In this document: piece by piece, positions 56,501-64,000 of the stretch
Layout of the letters: the number at the start of each line of letters is the position of its first letter
Position numbering within the stretch: position 1 is the first letter of the stretch
Assembly (NCBI GenBank): GCA_964036045.1
Contig: OZ038379.1
Coordinates: 2,976,001-3,040,000, forward strand
Length of the DNA stretch: 64,000 nucleotides
Reading direction: 5' to 3'
From: Eutreptiella sp. 'Long Island Sound 2002'
Taxonomy: Eukaryota; Protista; Euglenida
Made by a program: the position numbers and the translations under genes
Notes under the pieces: generated by a model
What the model was told of the DNA's origin: nothing
Seen by the model: the letters and a program-made list of their open reading frames with translations, nothing else
Databases searched by the model: none

Positions 56501-57479
56501 CGAAGGCCTGATGGGTTTGCATACACTCTACGCAACGTCGAGCCGAATATAACCCATTTTCACCCATTTTCATCCTTTTCCACACATTCTTTGCTTATTT
56601 TCGCCACACGTTCTCCTTTTTTGGTTGGTTTCTCCACATTTTGGGGACCCTCGTTTTGCTGCTGCTAGTTTACCGACTGGCTATTCCCATACTCCCGTTT
56701 CCTATGCTGGATGTGGCGCCCCAACTACTCTATGCACATTGTACACCTGCCTATGCTGGTCATAGTTCCTTCATACCCAGGACATTTTCTTCCCCATTCT
56801 ACTATGAGGTGAGAGAGAATACCGCCCAGGATTTGAGACAACTCCCACTCACTGCAACCCCCCCCCCCATAGAAGTCGGCAAGAGGGGCCAAGGGGGGCG
56901 GGGCCCAATTAATTTGGGAGAATGGCTGGGGAAAAAACAAACCAACACAAATAAACACAAATGCACAAAAATTGCAAACTGAGACAATGCACTCCACAGC
57001 CTAACATGAGTGCATCTAAATCAGACATGGTTGAACCTCAAACACACACATGACTGAGACAATACTGACGACACACTCTAATATGACTCAAATAGAGTGA
57101 AACAATGACGAATGTAAAGAAGTCAGGGGTTTGAGGTTCCCCAGGAGAGTGTAGTCCCCAGACGGAGCGGAGGTTTGGACACCCTCTGCAACCTCCCAAG
57201 GGTCTCAGTCCCCTGTCTATATATGGGAACTACTGCGGGCATACAAAGCTGATCACAAGCGAAGCCATTCATGACAAGGCAGAATAAATCACCTCATCAC
57301 AAAGCAAATGATTCCATTGTGCTTGAAATAGCTGTGGGGATGGGCAAAAAAAGCAGTTCTTGCGCAACTTTGGTGGGAGAGGCACGTGTGGCTGATCTTT
57401 CCGAGATCAGTGGGTTGTGCTGGAGACTATATTGATGCTCTCTTGGAAGGTGTAGCAGTGCTCCATGGGGTTATAGCGC

Positions 57480-58330
57480 CACACTCCGAGCATGTCCACG
57501 GTCTGCAGGACAGGTAAAGGGTCCACCGGGTTTTCTAAGGCTCCTTCATTGCTAAACTGAAACAACACATTTGTCTGAAACTCTGGTGGGGTGAACTCAA
57601 ACTTTAGGTGCTCAGGCTTGTTAGAGTCTCTGCTTACAATGAATGACTATATCAGCGCAAAAGCTACATTGGTTACAACCTCTCAACCTGCATTAGGTGT
57701 AGATCAGGGCTCAATGATCATAAACAAACTGCAACAGTAAGAGCGCCAGTGGTTTATGTACAAGATTTCGGCCTGATAGGGTGTACTTTGCAGCCTGTGC
57801 CACATCAGCCAGCACTCCTGAGGCACTCCAAGGTTGGATCTAATTGAAGAGTGCCCCCCCACCCGTCCGCCTCGAGTGCAGAACAACACACAAGGATGCA
57901 ACCAGCACAGAAAAGAGTCATGTTGGCTCTAGGGAACTGCACATTGCAGCATCAGCCTCCAGGAGTTTCAGGTACGGCCGTACCGTGCCCTCCACCTGGG
58001 GAAATGGGCACTTAGTGGATGTAAGTAGGGGTCAGGGGTCCAGGACTACGACCCTAGAGCCAAAGTGTCCCTGCTGCCCCAGACTGCTCAGCCCGAGGCG
58101 GATTGTATCACGGGTGGTCACCAGGCGCGGCAGTTCTCTTCCTCGGTGCTGTTTATGGAGTGCCTTAGCTCCAGCGCCATCAATCCACGTCGGTTGGGGA
58201 TCATGTTGGCAGTGTGGCGGCACAATGTTTCGCACATGGGTCAGATATTCAGACGGTGCATGCAGCTTGCCCCCAAATGGTATCTACCTTTGAGGAGACG
58301 TATCTTCAGGAGTTGAGAGTTCTGCATTGA
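57480..58330 (-). pseudogene. Highly decayed non-LTR (LINE) reverse transcriptase remnant
   Basis: Ordered broken motifs VVVLD, GVPQEC (~57829-57812), CSLFMIIEP and AFA/DIVI (frameshifted), resembling LDxxKAFD, GVPQG, SPLLF..IEP and FADD. Confidence 0.35.
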
Positions 58331-58529
58331 ATGAGATGGAACATGAACCAATGCCGTGGAGCAGTGGAGTGGGGTGGGATGTTCCTTGTCCACACCTTCG
58401 GTTGTGGATCTCGGCAGCAGAGGTTCAAGATCCAAGCGCAGCCACCCACACCGGCATTCACGGTGGCCAGCAGACAGACATCATGCACACAGCGGAGGGA
58501 TCACAGACAAAAGGATAACCTTTTGGAGC

Positions 58530-58700
58530 TGCTGTCATGTGAACTCAGCAATCGCAAACGTGGCACGTGCAATCGTGCAAAACAGCCCACTCCCCCCCCC
58601 CCAAGCGTCTGAGGTACGTACATACCTGAAAGCCCTGTTTCTGCTTTTCATCGGACCCCCACCCCTGCGCACACACACACACACACAGACACACACACAC
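58530..58700 (+). repeat. Dispersed repeat (copy at ~60200-60360)
   Basis: GTGGCACGTGCAATC...CCCAAGCGTCTGAGGT...TACCTGAAAG...TTTTCATCGGA is shared between the two loci. Confidence 0.75.
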
Positions 58701-60579
58701 AGAGTCCCACAAATGCCCTTCAGGGCCCACAAACCGCACATCCTATGCAGCGAAAAGCGGTCGGCGGGCAAGATGTGACGCTGTCCAATGCATTTTGTGA
58801 CAAATGAAGCAAGCGTGAGTGAGGTTAGACAGTCCATGGCTGAAAGGCGGCCCGCATCTGATCACCACTATGTCCAACAAATAAATATAACACGAGTGAG
58901 TCATGGGTTGGGGATTATAATACACACATAGGGGGCGTTTTTGCACAGCGCGCGCACAGCACGGGCACAGCGCCAATTATTACGGTGATTATCCAGGTAA
59001 CAACCCTGAAAACCACCCACCTGCGGAATCATGCACAATCAATTCAAAACTCAAAAATTCAAACATCTGATGCTTGCCATGGGTCCCAGGGACCTAAATT
59101 CTGCCCCCTATAGCCCCGTCCACTGCAGCAGCCATTCAATGACGTCCTTTCAATCTTCTGAACTTACCGAACTCCCGGTGGTGGAGAACAGCCAACTTTT
59201 TGCACAGCGCGCGCACAGCGCACGGTACCCCCCCATAGGTTTGGTTAACTCGGAATGAAAGGATAACACCACTTGGATGGTCAGGTTTGAGAGCGAGGTC
59301 CAAGAGAAGTCCACCCTTATGATCACCATCGCGGAGAAGGTGCATTAGGTGACGAAGGCGAGGATGAGTGTGTTTGAGGAACGTGTGAACCGGGTTGACA
59401 ATGATTCGAGGCGTGCAGTTGGTAATCTGAATGAGGCTCTTGACTTGAGCCAGGTCGTCTCTTCAGAGCAGCTGGCGGACAAGGAAAGGATTGTAATGTC
59501 TCATGACTAACCACCACGCTGACCGTTGGTTTTCTGACCGCAGCGTTGGTGGTCAAGAATTGGAGACGACGTGTTGGTCAGTCGGTTGTAGCGTGAAAGA
59601 CTTGAAACGCACCTCTATTCGTTGTGATGCAATGGTCAGGAAATGTTGCTGCTGCGAGGCCGAAGAATCTTGGAAAAGCGCAAATGTTGGCACAGACTAA
59701 CAACGAATGGGGCCTCAGAGGTCACCGCCGTCCGTGTGGTGACGGCGATGCGGCATATCACATATGGCACGAGTCTACGTCGGGGACCACTGCTACGTAC
59801 GTGGGGTCAAGTGCGGAGTACGACCCGTGCCGCAATTTGTCACAGAGGGACTGGCAAGTGGAGACCACCGCGGGGCATCAGTGGCTAGGGACGGGTGGGT
59901 CCACATGGCCATAAGGGGAAGCCGGTCTCCCCGCGGTACAACTACCAGCACCACTTTCGAGTCAGGTCAGACATGTGCGGCTCACGGACAAGCGTGGACA
60001 GGACGTCCGGAAGTATCCAGGCGCATTGGGGGGGGGGGGGGGGGGCGTCGACTGTGGGGGATACGGGGCGTCGTATCAGAAAGGGGGCCCTCCAGATGGG
60101 GAGTGGGGACGTGGCTCAAGGTGCTGATGACGGTGGTGTCCAGTAGCATGGCAGAAATAATAGCAAAAGCAACGGAGCAGCAACAGCAACAATAACAAGC
60201 AGCAATGGCCGCAAATGTGGCACGTGCAATCCCCCCAAAAGGCCCACTTGCCCTCCCAGCCCCCCCAAGCGTCTGAGGTGCTCTACGTACCTGAAAGATC
60301 CGTTTCTGTTTTTCATCGGAGCCCCCCCCCCCGCGCGCACACACACACGCACACATTGTCCGACAAATGCACCTCCGCCCACACATCTTGCGCACCGAAC
60401 AGCGATCGGCAGCTAAGATCTGACAGTCATAAACCGGTTGGTGGGTCGCTGGAGGCGGACAGAGGCGGTGGGGCTAGAATGAACTGTCACCCTGAAGGCC
60501 CCTGGCCGCCTTTCGGGCGCGTATCTGGCTGAGGGACATACGTACTACATGGGGCCTTCTTTGGGGTATGGGCCCAAAG

Positions 60580-60647
60580 AAACCAACAGCAGCAACCGCA
60601 ACGGTAACAGACAGCAGCAGCAGCAGCAGCAGCCACAACAACAGCCA

Positions 60648-60684
<37 letters not shown>

Positions 60685-61150
60685 GACACAACAACAGCAG
60701 CAGCAGCAGCAACAGCAACGACAACAACAACAACAGCCACAACAACAACAGGAACCACAACAACAACAACAACGGCCACAACAACAACAACAACAGCAGC
60801 AGGCACAATAAAAACAGCAACAACAACCACAGCCACAACAACAACAGCCACAACAACTACAGCAACAGCAACAAGAACAGCAACAACAACAACTGCAACA
60901 ACAGCAACAGTAGCCACAACAGCAGCAGCAGCAACAACAACAACTGCAGCAACGACAACAACAGCCACAACAACAGCAGCAACAACAACTGCAACAACAA
61001 AACAACAACAACAGCCACAACAACAAAAAGACAGCAGCAACAACAACAGCAGCAGCAGCAACAGCAGCAGCAGCAACAACAGCAACAACAAAACGACAAC
61101 AACAACAACAGCAGCAGCAGCAGCAGCAGCAACAAAAAAAAAACAGCCGA
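60580..61150. repeat. (AAC/AGC)n cryptic trinucleotide satellite
   Basis: Mixed CAA/CAG triplets; open in several frames on both strands. Confidence 0.9.
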
Positions 61151-63539
61151 AGCAACAAACTACCCATGAAAACTCAAGTACCTGCTTTCACAGCCAGTAT
61201 TGAGAACCCGCGCCCCTTCAGACCAGTGCCCCATCAAGATCATCCGTGCCCCCAGCTCTTCTCAGAGGATGCGCCAACGCCCCCAAATGCACAAGGGGGG
61301 GAATTTTGAATACGCAAAATAGGGCATGGTTCTAAAAATGACGGTTTCACAGCTGCACAAGGTAGTGCTTGCGCAGGGGGGGGGGGGGGCAAGGAGGGAT
61401 GCGTTGAAGAACACATCTCAAGAACTACACACGAATCGAAAATTCTAGGGTACAGACTGAGGAGGGCGGGCAATGGTTGGTATCTCACCGCCTTCCCCAT
61501 CACTCCGTCCCGCTGCGTCACAGAGGGTCCCAACAGAGGGCGGGTTGCAGTTGTACTTCGTTGCCGTGGCACGCCAGGCCAACCACGCAATTTAAAGGCT
61601 TGCCCACCGCGCGACTGCCGATGAGGATACTGTCACTGAACCCGGTTCTGCGATGAAGAACGACGGTGAGGATTTGGACAGATGAGAGGGTTCAGGGATG
61701 GACCGAGCCTTGCATTGCAGGGGGTGTTCCATAAAGGCTGGTATCACCAACATCACCAACCCAAACGTCACCAACTTCACCAGCATCACTAACATCACCA
61801 ACAATCGAGGGAGATGTTCAAGAAAGGCGCAGAGGTAAAGAAATGGAGGAAATCGATAATGGCACGCAGAAACCAGGAGGTGGTGGGGGAAAGGGGCAGG
61901 CTCCACAAAGGCATAAGGGAAGGTTGGCATACAGAGACCTGGCCACACACTCATTGTTCCCAAGGTTCCCCCGTTCTTGCTGAGTGTCGCACACGGGTCT
62001 GGTAGCCTCACTGTTGCCCTGGGCGCAACAGAGGGGGGGGGGGGGGGGCTCTCTGGACGTAACACCACCCCCCGCCTACAGTAGGCGATAACAACTCTCT
62101 GACACCTCAAAATACTGTTGCACCAATCAATTTGAGATACAGGGCTGAAGGGATACAAACACTTTAATCCCCCCGCTCTCCACCCTGGGTGCCCTCTTCT
62201 GGTGGGCCATATGATAGTTGCCAGTGGGGGTCTATTTGTCAAAGAGAACAAGGAGGGGGATGGGGTCTACTGTACGTCTTCTCAAGCAGGCAACCTCAAA
62301 CCAGGACTTTGGCCGTGGCAGCCGGCTTCTGGTAATCCAGAGACCCCCCCCCCCCCTGCGCTTGTTGCCGATATGCAGAATCAAAAAAAAAAAACCAGAC
62401 GAGACACTGGCAGAGCTATGTGACGGGTCGGTTTTGACTTTTCGGGTGGTTCAGCGGTCACATAGGGCCAGCTGTGAATGCACTTCACCGAGGTGTTGGA
62501 CGGCAAGTGCCTTGGACACGGGGTCCCCCCACCTACACCTTTGGGGTCATGATCCCAAATGAACTCCAAAACGTGTTCAGAGTGGCACATTTCAACGATT
62601 TGTTGTGATGGTATTGCCTGCCATTGTGCTGCTAGTGGTGGTATTGGTGCTCGTACTGCTGCTGCTGCTGCTTCCACTGCTACTGGCACTCCTTCTAGTG
62701 GGCTGGTGGGGCCTTGACCCATGTAAGAGGAGTGGCTTTGAGGTTGTAACCTGCGTCATACCACGGCAGCAGCAGCAGTTGTGAGTAGTGGGGCAGTTTG
62801 CACCTGAAACCCCAGACCAGCGCGCACACCCGAACGGACCAACCGGCGCACTTACTCAAGCAGCAGCAGCAGTGCCACAGGCATCTGCGCTCAACGCCAC
62901 CGAACTCGCCAACTCACCAAACCAGGATTTTGGAGTCTTGAAAAAAAGGGGGGAAATTGGGGACGATGGGGGGGGGATGGGGGAAATGGAGAAATAGCGG
63001 GCATAGCACACGGGATGTGGGGTGTGGCGGGATGTGGTTGAGGAAAAAGGGAGGAAAATGGGAGAGAAATGGGACAAAATAACCATTTTCACCATTTTCC
63101 CATTTTCCCCATCTTTCCGGAGGTCGAAGATCTCCCCCCACAGTCCCCTTTGTGAAAATCAGCTCACCGCACTCACCGATGGAACAATGGGTATGTTTGC
63201 CCTTCGCCGACACTCACCGCCACGCGCAGCTATTGCGGATGCTTGGTACCAGTGTCACCCCCGGCAGCACAATGGCAGGCAATCCCATCATGACAAATCC
63301 GGCTCAGTGCGCTTGCAACTCTCTGTACTTCGTCTCCACTATCCTAGGACCGTATGGGACCCGTTTGAAATCCAGTGGTGTGACCGTGAGCGATTTTTGG
63401 ATAGGCGGGTACGAAGGAGCGACGGTGTTGTTCGGGTCCTTTGTGCCCCATATAATCCTACCATCCCTGTTTCGTGGTCACCCATCATCCGTCGGCTGCA
63501 GAGTACTAGTGTGGGTGGTGCCCAGCACAGCAGACATAC

Positions 63540-63924
63540 CGAGGCCAGAGGGCGGTGAGCCGGCCCCGATGGCCCTCGTATCGAAGCCAAACCTCATCGC
63601 CCTCCTGCAGTCTGCCCTCGGGCACGCAGCGGTCGTGGCCCGGCAGCAGGGCTCCGGTGGAGCCCCACCCCCACACCCGATGGTACGGACACGGGTCGTG
63701 GTGGTTGAAGGGCTTCTGCGTCACGCCGTAGAACGCCCGCACGCCGTCGCGGAGCCGCCGCATGCGCAGCTTCCAGTGCCACGTGCCCCCGTGCATGTCC
63801 ACGGTGCCCAGGACCGTGCTGCTCTCGTACGTGTTCGGGCTGTGGCTCGTGGCCGTCAGGCCGTCGGCGCTGAGCACAATGTGCGGCCCTTTTGCGGCGG
63901 CATCGAAACGCCAGTTCACCAAAC
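63540..63924 (-). CDS. SPRY/B30.2-domain protein, internal exon (partial gene)
   Basis: TCCTCAG acceptor and CG|GTATGT donor bound a GC3-rich frame WRFDAAAKGPHIVLSADGLTAT...STVLG...GGTWHWKLRM...FYGV...WGW...LQEGDEVWLRY, typical of SPRY. Flanking exons were not confidently located. Confidence 0.8.
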
Positions 63925-64000
63925 CTGAGGACGGCACATGGGACTCAGAGGGGGAGGGGGGGGGAGGACCAGCAACCCAGCCCTTGCCGGCCGCTTGGTC

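Noticed and set aside
60487-61203. Long poly-Q/N/T/L/C ORFs
   Set aside because: Stop-free in many frames on both strands simply because of the AAC/AGC satellite; no splice or codon evidence.
62670-62803. Candidate next exon of the SPRY gene (TTTCAG|GTGCAAACTG...)
   Set aside because: Phase-compatible, but the peptide lacks the expected SPRY C-terminal strand and sits in low-complexity sequence.

Overview
Eukaryotic nuclear DNA, repeat-rich and intron-rich, most consistent with a euglenozoan (euglenid-like) genome. That taxonomy is an inference from the GTNYG donor consensus, SL-type AG acceptors just upstream of the ATGs, and a long insertion in ArgRS. Four protein genes were reconstructed by hand, all on the minus strand, with GT-AG introns whose phases check out: (1) an N-terminal-motor kinesin of >1000 aa with at least 15 exons (26188 to <=98, running off the window); (2) a 552-aa coiled-coil protein (36025-34148); (3) a 730-aa arginyl-tRNA synthetase in 7 exons (52839-43133); (4) one internal exon of a SPRY/B30.2 protein (63924-63540). 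Introns and intergenic DNA are filled with MITEs (hAT-type with 8-bp TSD; a nested CCAGG-ended family with 6-bp TSD), decayed RT/transposase remnants and palindromic minisatellites. The top finding is the only intron of the coiled-coil gene. It is exactly an antisense tRNA-derived SINE plus one copy of its target-site duplication: the (CTTTAC)3 tail supplies the GT donor and the duplicated target supplies the AG acceptor, so splicing would restore the pre-insertion reading frame perfectly. This is a candidate retroposon-type intron-generating element.
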